Origin: Candidatus Binatia bacterium
Lineage (GTDB): Bacteria; Desulfobacterota; Binatia; Bin18
Reading direction: 5' to 3'
Assembly: GCA_963664395.2 (NCBI GenBank)
Contig: OY761159.2
Span: 672,001-736,000, forward strand
DNA length: 64,000 nt
Part shown: positions 10,258 through 19,862 of the stretch, in pieces
How positions within the stretch are numbered: position 1 is the stretch's first letter
Layout of the letters: every line of letters starts with the position of its first letter
The notes under the pieces: model-generated
What the model was told of the DNA's origin: nothing
The model's input: only the letters and a program-made list of their open reading frames with translations
Database searches by the model: none
Translations under genes and position numbers: made by a program

Positions 10258-10728
10258 ATGCCACAAGCCGGTTTCTGGGCCATTGACCCCACCCGTAGGA
10301 TACACTTTGGAAAAGATGGCTGGTGGTATGCCAACGATGAGCGTATCCAAAATCAGCGCATCAACAAGCTCTTTAGCCAACGTCTCCAAAAGAATGCGCG
10401 CGGAGAGTATGAAATCGTGCTTGGGCGCGATCGTGCTTTCGTTGAAATTGAAGACACACCCTATGTTGTGACCCAAGTGGCTGGAGATCCGGATCGGGGG
10501 TTTACCCTGCGCTTAAACGACGAGAGCGAAGAGAAACTTTCTCCCCCCACGCTTGCCATTGGCGCCAACGACGTCCTGTACTGCAAAGTCAAAGGGCAAG
10601 AACACGCGGCCCGCTTTCTTCGACCGGCCTACTATCAACTCACGCAGTATGTGCAGGAGGATACAATGGGATTCGTTTTACGAATAGGTGAGCGCACGTA
10701 TCCGATTCGGGTCACAGGACCGGGCTAG
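10258..10728 (+). CDS. DUF1285-like protein
   Basis: IHFGKDGWWY, VEIEDTPYVV, ARFLRPAYYQL. Confidence 0.65.
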   Translation: MPQAGFWAIDPTRRIHFGKDGWWYANDERIQNQRINKLFSQRLQKNARGEYEIVLGRDRAFVEIEDTPYVVTQVAGDPDRGFTLRLNDESEEKLSPPTLAIGANDVLYCKVKGQEHAARFLRPAYYQLTQYVQEDTMGFVLRIGERTYPIRVTGPG

Positions 10729-10741
10729 TCTCTGTTCCCCC

Positions 10742-11194
10742 ATGCACATCGTCTTTGTTGAACCAGAGATTCCACCCAACACTGGGACGACCGCCCGGCT
10801 GTGCGCTGCCACGCAGAGTACCTTTCACCTCGTTGGTCCATTGGGTTTCTCGCTTGAGGATCGCTATCTCAAGCGAGCCGGCCTCGATTACTGGCCCTAT
10901 GTCGACGTTCAGGTGTATGAGTCGTGGAGCGCTTTCCTCGACCGGCGTCCTCCCGGCCGTCTGATTGCCTTTTCCGCCCGTGCCCAGCAGTCCTACACCA
11001 CGGTTCGCTATCGGCCCGACGACCTGCTCGTCTTTGGCAGCGAGACGCAAGGCTTGTCAGAGGCAATCCGCACGGAATATGCCGAGAGCCTGTACACCAT
11101 CCCGATGCCGGGAGCGCAGGTGCGCAGTCTGAACTTGTCCAATGCCGCGGCGATTGTGTTGTATGAGGCCCTGCGCCAATTGGGGCGGGTCTAG
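10742..11194 (+). CDS. trmL: tRNA (cytidine(34)-2'-O)-methyltransferase
   Basis: PEIPPNTG, KRAGLDYW, FGSETQGL, RSLNLSNA. Confidence 0.95.
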   Translation: MHIVFVEPEIPPNTGTTARLCAATQSTFHLVGPLGFSLEDRYLKRAGLDYWPYVDVQVYESWSAFLDRRPPGRLIAFSARAQQSYTTVRYRPDDLLVFGSETQGLSEAIRTEYAESLYTIPMPGAQVRSLNLSNAAAIVLYEALRQLGRV

Positions 11195-11215
11195 CGAGAA
11201 GCATCTCCGGGAACC

Positions 11216-11602
11216 TTACTTTTCTGGAAACAGCCACTTACTGAAAAACTGCCGATTCCGCGCGACGATCCAATAGCCCAGTTCAACACCCCACACAAAG
11301 GGCGGCAGACGGCCCACCCAGGCCAGACGCGAGAACCCTACCTTCCCGAGCACATACAGGCTCGCCCGGCCGGCGGACAAAACCTGCCCTTCCGGCGTAA
11401 CGACCTGGACCGAGCGCTCACACTGCCGGGCCAGGCTGTCCGTCATCGGGGGTCGGGGCGCATCCTGGTAGGGGACGGCCTGAATCTGATTCGTCACGTC
11501 GTGGTGTTTGACCCAGGCAATGGCCCGCTGACACAAGCCGCAGGCTCCGTCCCAGAACAGCCAGATGGGTTGGGCTCCGGCCGGTTCCCCAGCAGGTTCC
11601 AT
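11216..11602 (-). CDS. DCC1-like thiol-disulfide oxidoreductase (DUF393)
   Basis: WDGACGLC and YWIVARNR motifs. Confidence 0.85.
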   Translation of the reverse strand: MEPAGEPAGAQPIWLFWDGACGLCQRAIAWVKHHDVTNQIQAVPYQDAPRPPMTDSLARQCERSVQVVTPEGQVLSAGRASLYVLGKVGFSRLAWVGRLPPFVWGVELGYWIVARNRQFFSKWLFPEK

Positions 11603-11608
11603 GGCTCC

Positions 11609-12082
11609 TTACCCAATCCCCATGTGTCTCAGTTCTTCTACTATGCGGTCGCGGTGGGTTGCGCCCCAATAGACTCGATGACACTGCCGGCAATGGAAAA
11701 AGGTTGATTGCGTTTGCCACACATACGCAGGCACGCGGGCTTGAACCTGCGCTCGGTCTACTGTTTCCAATTCCCGGTTACACGCGCTACACCGCCTGAG
11801 CAAAGAGGATGAGACCTTGAGCTGCAAGTCGGTACAGACTTGTTTGAGCTGCTCACGAAAGCGATCAGCTCGAAGAAAAACAAACGGCGGAACATCTTTC
11901 TGGTTCAGAAAACAGGTCCGGCGGGTCAACAGGATACGGCCCTGGCGGTGCGCTTCACGTTTCACGCTTATGGGCGAGACCTCGGGCATATAGACGGTAT
12001 CATAGCCAAGAATACGCAGCCACTTTACCAATTTGCCGACCATGCGGTCGGCTAAAAAACGAGGCTGCGGCTCAGCATTCAT
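11609..12082 (-). CDS. Mut7-C RNase-domain protein with Zn ribbon
   Basis: FLADRMVGKLVKWLRILGYDT, RCSACN, CRQCHRVYWGATH. Confidence 0.9.
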   Translation of the reverse strand: MNAEPQPRFLADRMVGKLVKWLRILGYDTVYMPEVSPISVKREAHRQGRILLTRRTCFLNQKDVPPFVFLRADRFREQLKQVCTDLQLKVSSSLLRRCSACNRELETVDRAQVQARVPAYVWQTQSTFFHCRQCHRVYWGATHRDRIVEELRHMGIG

Positions 12083-12225
12083 CCAGGAGTCCTTAACCGA
12101 GTCCTTACCGGGAGTCTTTATGTGTTGACGGCCTCAGAGCGTGGCCCGTGGCCCGCTTGCAGCGTAAAGTACGAAGAGCGGGAAGACAAGGGTTGGACAC
12201 GGACGGCAACGCAGTCGGAAGCTCG

Positions 12226-12345
12226 TACCCCATACCCCATACCCCATACCCCATACCCCATACCCCATACCCCATACCCCATACCCCATACCCCATACCC
12301 CATACCCCATACCCCATACCCCATACCCCATACCCCATACCCCAT
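12226..12345. repeat. Perfect heptamer microsatellite (TACCCCA)x17
   Basis: Read directly; lies in the divergent Mut7-C/GST intergenic region. Confidence 0.97.
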
Positions 12346-12442
12346 GATGCTCGCCGGTTCTTTTCGATCTCTTGTCAGTCCTTGCGCCCCAGAGCCCAAA
12401 AGGCTAAACCGCTGTATATTACACCCCACGAAGGAGGCTCTT

Positions 12443-13093
12443 ATGAGAATGTATAATTCACTCGGTCCAAATCCACGCTGTGTCCGCATATTCATGACTG
12501 AAAAGGGCATCACGCTTGATACGATCGAAGTAGATATTCTGGGTGCGGAAAACCGGCAGGGGCCGTATACCGACAAGAACCCCGGCGGCCAAATGCCTTC
12601 GATTGAGCTGGATAACGGCAGCATCCTGGCAGAAACGACCGCCATTTGCGAATACCTTGAAGACACCCATCCCAGCCCGGCTCTCATTGGCTCAACCCCG
12701 GAAGAAAAAGCCGAAACCCGCATGTGGCAGCGGCGCATTGAACTCCAGATCACGGAGAACCTGTATAACGGCTTCCGCTATTCCGAAGGGCTGGACATGT
12801 TTAAGGACCGTATGCACTGTCTGCCCGAAGCCGCAGCCGGCCTCAAGGAAATTGTGCAGGAAAAGCTCGCCTGGCTGGATGGCCTGATGGAGGGCAAACA
12901 GTTCATCGTGGGCGAGCGTTTTACGCTGGCCGATATTATTCTGTACTGTGCCTTTGATTTCGGGGCCGGCGTCGGCCAGAAGATCAGCCCGGACCTGAAA
13001 AACCTGACGGCCTGGTTTGCGCGGGTCGGTGGTCGCGCCAGCGCGGCCTCCAGTATCCACGAAAAGGCCAGGGCCGCAGGCATGAAGGCGTAA
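12443..13093 (+). CDS. Glutathione S-transferase family protein
   Basis: RBS AAGGAGG; SLGPNPRCV, NPGGQMP, ETTAICEYL, GERFTLADI. Confidence 0.92.
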   Translation: MRMYNSLGPNPRCVRIFMTEKGITLDTIEVDILGAENRQGPYTDKNPGGQMPSIELDNGSILAETTAICEYLEDTHPSPALIGSTPEEKAETRMWQRRIELQITENLYNGFRYSEGLDMFKDRMHCLPEAAAGLKEIVQEKLAWLDGLMEGKQFIVGERFTLADIILYCAFDFGAGVGQKISPDLKNLTAWFARVGGRASAASSIHEKARAAGMKA

Positions 13094-13113
13094 GGTTTTC
13101 ATCGCCTTAAATA

Positions 13114-13217
13114 TCCCCTCTTGGGAGGGGTGCCGCGTAGCGGCGGGGTGGGTTTCTGCCGATGGCGAGTATGCCGTGCACCGGTTGGGAACCTACCCTA
13201 GCCTGTGGCCGCCTCTC
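13114..13217. repeat. Degenerate inverted REP-like doublet
   Basis: TCCCCTCTTGGGAGGGGTGCCGCGTAGCGGCGGGGTGGGTT and an imperfect inverted copy at 13190-13217; related core TCCCCTCCTTGGAGGGAG at ~57197. Confidence 0.5.
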
Positions 13218-13311
13218 TATGATGATTTTTACAGCTCCTCACTTCATCCGTCGCTCTGTGTTTCGCCTCTTGTTCCCAACACAGGTACGGTTGCGTAATC
13301 TGACTGGGTTT

Positions 13312-15650
13312 ATGGCCACTAAGCTCATATCTCCGCAAGATATCTGTCAAAGAAACAACTCAAAATTCACCTTCGACCGGCTTGGGCAAGCTCGGCGTCT
13401 CCTGCTGGCGCTCGCGTGCACCGTCCTGCTGGGGCTACTGATTCTGGGCTTCAAACTCCGCACAGGCCCGGTGAGGCTACCTGCGGAAATGCCGCCTCTG
13501 GAGGCCAGCGGGCCCAAAGCATAACATGTACTGAGACCAGTGCGGCTGTGGCGGGGAATCGGGGTCCCGGCTTGAACTGGGCCGAGGACGTACCACCCTG
13601 AGGGTCTAAGGATGCGCTGAGCCGGCACCTGCGATCCTAAAGGATACTCCAATATGGACCGTGGGCGAGACGGCGATCCGCAATCGGGGACACCAGCGCG
13701 GGTGACCGAGGCTGGGGAAACCGGCTACCAATGACCGGGACCATCCCCTGTCTCACCTGGAGGCGGGGGCACCCAGGACCAACACGGCAACACCCCAGCA
13801 CAAGCAACCCCACTCACTCGGCATTTCTTTACCTCGCTGGGGACACCGCGCCGGGTCCCGTGATTGTCCCATTCCCTCACAACGAGACCGTCTTTTCGAC
13901 GGGGTCCATGCCGGGTTTACCTGGCCTCCTTCCCCCCGGCCAACCAACTGCCGGCATATCCTCCGTTGCACTTGGAGATCTCGAAGCGGCAAAGAAGAAC
14001 CGTGTCAAAGAAATTGGGAACCTGGCAACCTGGAATACCTGGTGCAGTACGCCCTGCTGGGTCTCTAGCCTCGACAGACCGCTCTGCTGAATTGGGAGCA
14101 ACTTGAGACACTACCAGTGCCGGCCGTCATTCCATCCCTGCTGCAACAAGTTTGGGCTGTTGCTGGAACCGCCTGCAAACTGGCGCCCTCCAACCGGCGA
14201 CGTTGGGCAAGCCCTCCGCCTCCCTCGCGTGCACCACCTGGGGATCCCCACGACTGATTCTGGGCAGGCCCGGTTCTACGATAGCCCAAAGCATAACATG
14301 TACTGAGACCAGTGCGGCTGTGGAGAATAGGGGTCCCGGCTTGGCTGAGGACTGTACCACCCTGCTGGGTCTTAAGGATGCGCTGAGGGGCACGGCGATC
14401 CTAAATTGGGCGGATACTCTCAATATGGACTCGTGGGACGGCATCACGGTATCGGGGACACCAGCGCGGGTGACCGAGTTGTCCCTTTCCGGCTACCAAC
14501 TGACCGGGACCATCCCCTCTGCATTGGGTGACCTGAGCAACCTGGAGTACCTCGCCTTGACTACAACCAACTGACCGGGTCCATCCCCCCTGCGTTAGGC
14601 AACCTGAGCAACTTGGAGCAGCTCTCCTTCTCCAACAATCAACTGACCGGCGCCATCCCCACTCAACTGGGCGACCTCACCAACCTGACGTCTCTCGACC
14701 TCAGTAGGAACCAACTAACCGGCTCCATCCCCACCACGTTGGGCAGCCTGACCAACCTGACGTCTCTCGACCTCCACAGTAACCAACTGACCGGCACTAT
14801 CCCCACCACGTTGGGCAACCTCACCAACCTGACGTGGCTCTACCTCTCCGCCAACCAACTGACCGGCACCATCCCCACCACGTTGGGCAACCTCACCAAC
14901 CTGACGTGGCTCAACCTCGGTCACAACCAACTGACCGGCCCCATCACGACATTGGGCACCCTCACCAACCTGACGCATCTCCACCTCTCCGGCAACCAAC
15001 TGACCGGACCATCCCCTCACGACATTGGGCACCCTCACCAACCTGAGGTATCTCTCCCTCTACGACAACCAACTGACCGGAACCATCCCCTCTGAGTTGG
15101 GCAACCTCACCAACCTGGAGAGTCTCAACCTCGACGGCAACCAACTGACCGGCGCCATCCCCGTCTGAGTTGGGTGACCCTCAGCCACTTGGGCACTCAA
15201 CCTCGGTAACAACCAACTGACCGGCTCCATCCCCTCGGCGTTGGGTGACCTCACCAACCTGACGTATCTCTACCTCTCCAACAACCAACTGACCGGCGCC
15301 ATCCCCGACATTGGGCAACCTCACCAACCTGGTATCTCTACCTCGCCAACCTCCCCGCTGAATTGGGCACCAACTTGCGGGAACTCACCCTCTCCGACAA
15401 CCAACTGACCGGCACCATCCCCGTTGAGTTGGGCGACCTCACCAACCTATCGAGGCTCGGCCTCGGCGGTAACCAATTGACCGGGTCTATCCCTGTGGCG
15501 TTGGGCAACCTGAGCAACTTGAGAGCACTCAACCTCGGCGGCAACCAATTGACCGGCACCATCCCTGTGGCGTTGGGCAACCTGCAGCAACCTGTGGCGG
15601 CTCGACTCTCTTCAACAATCAACTGGAGGGCACCCTTCCGTCCGCATTGC
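13312..15650 (+). pseudogene. Secreted plant-type LRR protein N-terminus (signal region, N-cap, ~16 LRRs); garbled/frameshifted, likely the 5' part of the 15647-18796 ORF
   Basis: Hydrophobic LLLALACTVLLGLLILG; cap DCTTLLGLKDAL...LNW...WDGITV; 72-bp repeats LxxLxLxxNQLTGxIPxxLG scattered across frames. Confidence 0.8.
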
Positions 15651-18600
15651 GCAGAGTGAAAGTGCTGCGGCTTGGAGGGAACCTGAGTACCTTCGGGTTA
15701 CCGCTCTCCCTCACTATCACCACCACCGCAGATACCCTCACCCCCGAGTTTGCGACCTTTGATGCCGAGACCGACCCGTGTGGCACCGTCGTAGACCTTG
15801 CCCAATTCCCGGCCAATCCGACCCTGCGCGAAGCCTTGATCTATGCCAACGACCCCTCCGTCTCGAAACCCATCACCATTACCTTTGCGCCGTACTTACG
15901 CGGCCAGACCATCTCGCTCACCGACTCGTTGCCGTCTCTGTGTGGCGGTGACATTACTCTGGACGGGAATCTGTATTCCGCCTCGAACATCGTGAGTTTC
16001 TTCTGGCGCTATGTCGGGCCAAATGCGCATGTCACGCTCGACAGCACCGGAGTGCCTGCCGACCTTGAGGTGCTGACCATCAGGTCTGCCGATAACACCA
16101 TTAAGAGTCTCTCAGGCTCACCAATGTTCCTGACCGGAATCCTCGTCTGGCACACGGAGTCCTTTGGGGAGACGGTGACCGGCAACGAAGTTTTCGGCAA
16201 TACGATTATCGGCGGACAGCACGGCATTCTTGTTCAGGCCGGCTCCACGGACGAAGCCGGGACACTCTCTAACACGCGCATACACCGCAATTTCGTCTCA
16301 GAAACTACCGCTGCCGGTATCGGCGTCTTTACTATGTCTGCGGACTCCAGGATTACCGACACTATCGTGGAGTGGAATCGTGTCTTCGAGAACAGCGGGT
16401 CTGGCATTACGGCTTATTCGTCTGCCGCCAACACCACGCTCGTAGACAGCATCACCAAGCTCAAGATTCAGGACAACACCATCCGAGACCATGAGTTCGG
16501 CAGTGGGATCAGCATTGCGAGCGGGACCTGCGAGGGCAGCTACAACCGGATGCAGGCCGAGATCACAAACAATACTCTGGACCGCAATGGCCAGGAGAAT
16601 CCTCTCTTCCCGGCCATTGCCGCCGGCGGTGGGACTGTTCCTCTCTCTTGCTCGGTGGGTGCGACCGCTACGCATAATCACCTGGACGTGACCATTACCG
16701 ACAACAGCGTGGAGGATACGGACTCTATCGGTATCTCGGTCTACGGGGGCTTTCAGAACAGCGACCACAATACGGTCACTGCCAGGGTGGAGCGGAATGC
16801 GGTCTGGCGGAGCAGGGTAGCCGGTATCGGCGTGAGCGGCGGCGCGACGGATTCCGACCACAACACCGTGACCGCCACCCTGAATGACAATCTCATCGCC
16901 AGGAAGGAAGCACCTGCCTCCGGGACAGCCGAACATGGGCTGGCGCTTGTCGCCGCGTCCGCCATCCCATCCGGGTCAACCTCAAGCAATAATACAGTGA
17001 CGGTCAGCGGCCGGGGCAACGCGATCGCTATCAAGCGGAACGCCTCGGACACCATGTACGATCTTTTCCGGCAAGAGGGCAATGACACTACCGCCGGGCG
17101 GACGGGCAACATGCTGATGGATGATGCCCTGACGGGTACGAGCTTCGCGAGCCAGGGCGGCGATGCCTTCACCGTGAAGCCGAAGCCGGAGCCACCCGCC
17201 CCGGTCACCATCCCCGATACCCACCCTGAAGTCACCGACTTCACCGTCACTCCGGTGTCTGAAGAGGAACAGCCCTCGACCACGCAGTCTACCGCGGGCA
17301 ACACGGTCTTCGACGTCACGGTGGAGGATGAGGATGGTGAGCCTGTCGAAGGCCCCCTCACCGAGCCTGTGCAGGTGTGTCTGCCCATCCCCCAAGGTGT
17401 GAGTTCTAGTCAAGCCTATATCTTCCGTTACAACGAGGACACCGAAACGTGGTCACGGCAGACGGCTGGAAGGGTCATCACAGACGGTTTTGTTTGCGTC
17501 AATGTGTCGCAGTTCTCACTCTTTACGGTCGGGAGCTATCGCCGTTCCTCCGGCGGCGGCGGTGGAGGGGGCGGTGGTGGGGGTGGTGGCAGCCGTGACC
17601 AGCACGGCAACACCCCGGCACAAGCAACCCCAGTCTCACTCGGCGCGGTCGCGCCCTGGATGGCATCCACCGCCGGACAGATCAACTCGGCGGACGATAT
17701 CGATTATTTCCAGATCACCGTGCCCCATGCCGGGGTGTTGGTGGTCGAGACCACCGGACGAACCGATACCATGGGCACGGTCTGGCAGGACGGCGAGGAA
17801 CTGGCCACCGCGGACAGCGGGGGTGAGCGGCAGAACTTTCTGCTCAGCGTCCAGGTGGAGGCCGGGCCGCTGGTGGTAGCCGTGGAGGGGCGACGCACCG
17901 GGGCGTACTCCCTGGAGACGCACCTACTGGTCGGGTTCTTGGGGAACCCCGAGACCGGGTCCTTTCAGAGTGGCATCAATGTGCTCTCGGGCTGGCTCTG
18001 CGATGCCGATATAGTGGAGATTGTGTTGGATGATCGTCCCGCGCAGGTGGCGGCGTATGGGACGGAACGACTTGATACGGAAGAAATCTGTGGGGACAGT
18101 GACAATGGGTTTGGGCTGCTGTTCAACTGGAACCTGCTGGAGGATGGAGAACACACGGCACGGGCCTTGGCCGATGGGGTCGAGTTTGGACAGGCGATCT
18201 TTACGGTCACGACCTTGGGTGAGGAGTTTGTCCGGGGCGTGGAAGGTGAGACGATGGTCCAGGACTTTCCGAGTCCGGGGAAGGCAGTGCGGCTAGTGTG
18301 GCAGCAGGGCTTGCAGAACTTTATGCTCGCCCCGCTGGACGGCAGCCCCGCCGAGAGTCCGGCCGGCCCCGAGGATGGTCCCATGGGCGTGTTGGAGAAC
18401 CCTGGGCCGAGGTCGTGGCAGAGCGGCATTGGCGTGCTGTCGGGCTGGGTGTGTGAGGCCGATATGGTAGAAGTCGTGCTAGATGATCGACCCGCGCAAC
18501 TCGCCGCCTATGGAACGGAGCGGGCGGACACCGAAGCGGTGTGTGGGGACACAGACAATGGCTTCGGGTTGTTGTTCAACTGGAACCTGCTAGACGATGG

Positions 18601-18796
18601 GGTACATACGGTACGGGCGTTGGCGGACGGGGAGGAGTTTGGACGAGCGACGTTTACTGTGACCACGTTAGATGAGGAGTTTCTCCGGGGTGCGGAAGGG
18701 GAGGTGACGGCGCAGGACTTTCCGAGTCCGGGCGAGACGGTGCGGCTGCGTTGGCAGGAGTCAAATCAGAACTTCGTGATTACGAATTGGGAATGA
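15647..18796 (+). CDS. Large surface protein: parallel beta-helix repeats, poly-Gly linker, PPC-like domain, two C-terminal ENP..SGIGV.SGW.C modules
   Basis: PTLREALIYAN, repeated N-I-x-N/GIxV strands, G14 linker, GQINSADDIDYFQI, duplicated ~140-aa C-terminal domain. Confidence 0.8.
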   Translation: MRRVKVLRLGGNLSTFGLPLSLTITTTADTLTPEFATFDAETDPCGTVVDLAQFPANPTLREALIYANDPSVSKPITITFAPYLRGQTISLTDSLPSLCGGDITLDGNLYSASNIVSFFWRYVGPNAHVTLDSTGVPADLEVLTIRSADNTIKSLSGSPMFLTGILVWHTESFGETVTGNEVFGNTIIGGQHGILVQAGSTDEAGTLSNTRIHRNFVSETTAAGIGVFTMSADSRITDTIVEWNRVFENSGSGITAYSSAANTTLVDSITKLKIQDNTIRDHEFGSGISIASGTCEGSYNRMQAEITNNTLDRNGQENPLFPAIAAGGGTVPLSCSVGATATHNHLDVTITDNSVEDTDSIGISVYGGFQNSDHNTVTARVERNAVWRSRVAGIGVSGGATDSDHNTVTATLNDNLIARKEAPASGTAEHGLALVAASAIPSGSTSSNNTVTVSGRGNAIAIKRNASDTMYDLFRQEGNDTTAGRTGNMLMDDALTGTSFASQGGDAFTVKPKPEPPAPVTIPDTHPEVTDFTVTPVSEEEQPSTTQSTAGNTVFDVTVEDEDGEPVEGPLTEPVQVCLPIPQGVSSSQAYIFRYNEDTETWSRQTAGRVITDGFVCVNVSQFSLFTVGSYRRSSGGGGGGGGGGGGGSRDQHGNTPAQATPVSLGAVAPWMASTAGQINSADDIDYFQITVPHAGVLVVETTGRTDTMGTVWQDGEELATADSGGERQNFLLSVQVEAGPLVVAVEGRRTGAYSLETHLLVGFLGNPETGSFQSGINVLSGWLCDADIVEIVLDDRPAQVAAYGTERLDTEEICGDSDNGFGLLFNWNLLEDGEHTARALADGVEFGQAIFTVTTLGEEFVRGVEGETMVQDFPSPGKAVRLVWQQGLQNFMLAPLDGSPAESPAGPEDGPMGVLENPGPRSWQSGIGVLSGWVCEADMVEVVLDDRPAQLAAYGTERADTEAVCGDTDNGFGLLFNWNLLDDGVHTVRALADGEEFGRATFTVTTLDEEFLRGAEGEVTAQDFPSPGETVRLRWQESNQNFVITNWE

Positions 18797-18850
18797 AGGG
18801 TTTCCGAAAGGGGTACTTCCTTATTCAGCAGCAGGTGAGTGGGCCCATGC

Positions 18851-19795
18851 TTACGGCCCCTCACTTTTCTTCTCCTGCTCTGTGCCTTTGTCCCCTTCCT
18901 GTGTGTAATAGCTAATCGTCCGATAGACCGCCTCGGCGGGTTCGAGGTAACCCCCGTCAGCGTTCGGAATCCACTCCGCAGTGACCTGTTTTACCCAATT
19001 CCCGTGGGCATCATACTCGTAGGTATAGACTTCTTTTTTCTGAACAGCGCCCTCCGTGTCAGACGCTACCCATTCCCGTTCGTTCCCGTGCTCGTCATAG
19101 GCGTATGCCCAGCGGGACGTCAGCGCCCCGCTTCGTCCGTGGGTGATTACGGTTTGTATTCTCCCATCGGCGTCATACACATAGGTATTGCTTGAGATCG
19201 GAGAGCCATCGGCGTCGGACAATGCCCGTTCGGCGACCCGGCCTTCCCCATCGTAGATAAAGCTGGCTCGATGTAAAAAGGTCCCGTCCGGGTCGTGGTG
19301 ATCGATGTGCGCCGGCTGCCCGTCTTCGGTGTACGTATAGACATCTCGAAACCAGAGATCGCCATCCACGTCAGTACTCACCGCCTGTGTCAGACGGCCC
19401 ACCTCATCATAGGTATGGCTGGTCTGCCGCCAGAGCGCCCCCTGGGAGTTATACAGATGTTCGGCGCTCAGCCTGTTCGCCCGGTTATAACTGCGGACGG
19501 CGCGGACCATCACTGCTCCGTCAGGCACGTACTCTATCCTTTCGGTGAGTGCTCCGTTCGTCCCATAACTGGCGATTGCCGTGAGTACGCGTTCGTCCTC
19601 AATCCACGTGTCCGGCTCCCCAGGCGGGTTCACAAACAACGTCTTTTCTGTCTTCACGCTGTGGACAGCTCCAACCAGCGTACCGCCTGCCCGGTTTTCC
19701 TTTGCCCCCATAGCCGCAATGATATCGGCTCGTGCGGGGGGGAGAGAGAGACAGACAGACAGGAAGAGAACGAGGTAGCGCACGTTCGGCATCAT
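18851..19795 (-). CDS. Secreted YD/RHS-like repeat protein
   Basis: Signal peptide then ~24-aa repeats (YDEVGRL, YDGEGRV, YDADGRI, YDEHGNE, YDAHGNWVK). Confidence 0.8.
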   Translation of the reverse strand: MMPNVRYLVLFLSVCLSLPPARADIIAAMGAKENRAGGTLVGAVHSVKTEKTLFVNPPGEPDTWIEDERVLTAIASYGTNGALTERIEYVPDGAVMVRAVRSYNRANRLSAEHLYNSQGALWRQTSHTYDEVGRLTQAVSTDVDGDLWFRDVYTYTEDGQPAHIDHHDPDGTFLHRASFIYDGEGRVAERALSDADGSPISSNTYVYDADGRIQTVITHGRSGALTSRWAYAYDEHGNEREWVASDTEGAVQKKEVYTYEYDAHGNWVKQVTAEWIPNADGGYLEPAEAVYRTISYYTQEGDKGTEQEKKSEGP

Positions 19796-19862
19796 AGCCC
19801 TTCTTATTGTTCCTTGACACGTCCTGCTACGCAGAATAATCCCCTTACAGGAGGAGAATACT

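Noticed and set aside
12105-12456. ORFs encoding MGYGVWG / PIPHTPY repeat peptides or an N-extended GST
   Set aside because: Translation products of the stop-free microsatellite; the GST has its own RBS and ATG at 12443
13513-14520. Template/variable repeat pair of a diversity-generating retroelement
   Set aside because: Differences are mostly indels, not adenine-specific substitutions, and no reverse transcriptase is in the window
14480-15650. CRISPR-like array with ~72-bp period
   Set aside because: Units encode LRRs, the intervening parts are homologous rather than unique spacers, and no cas genes are present
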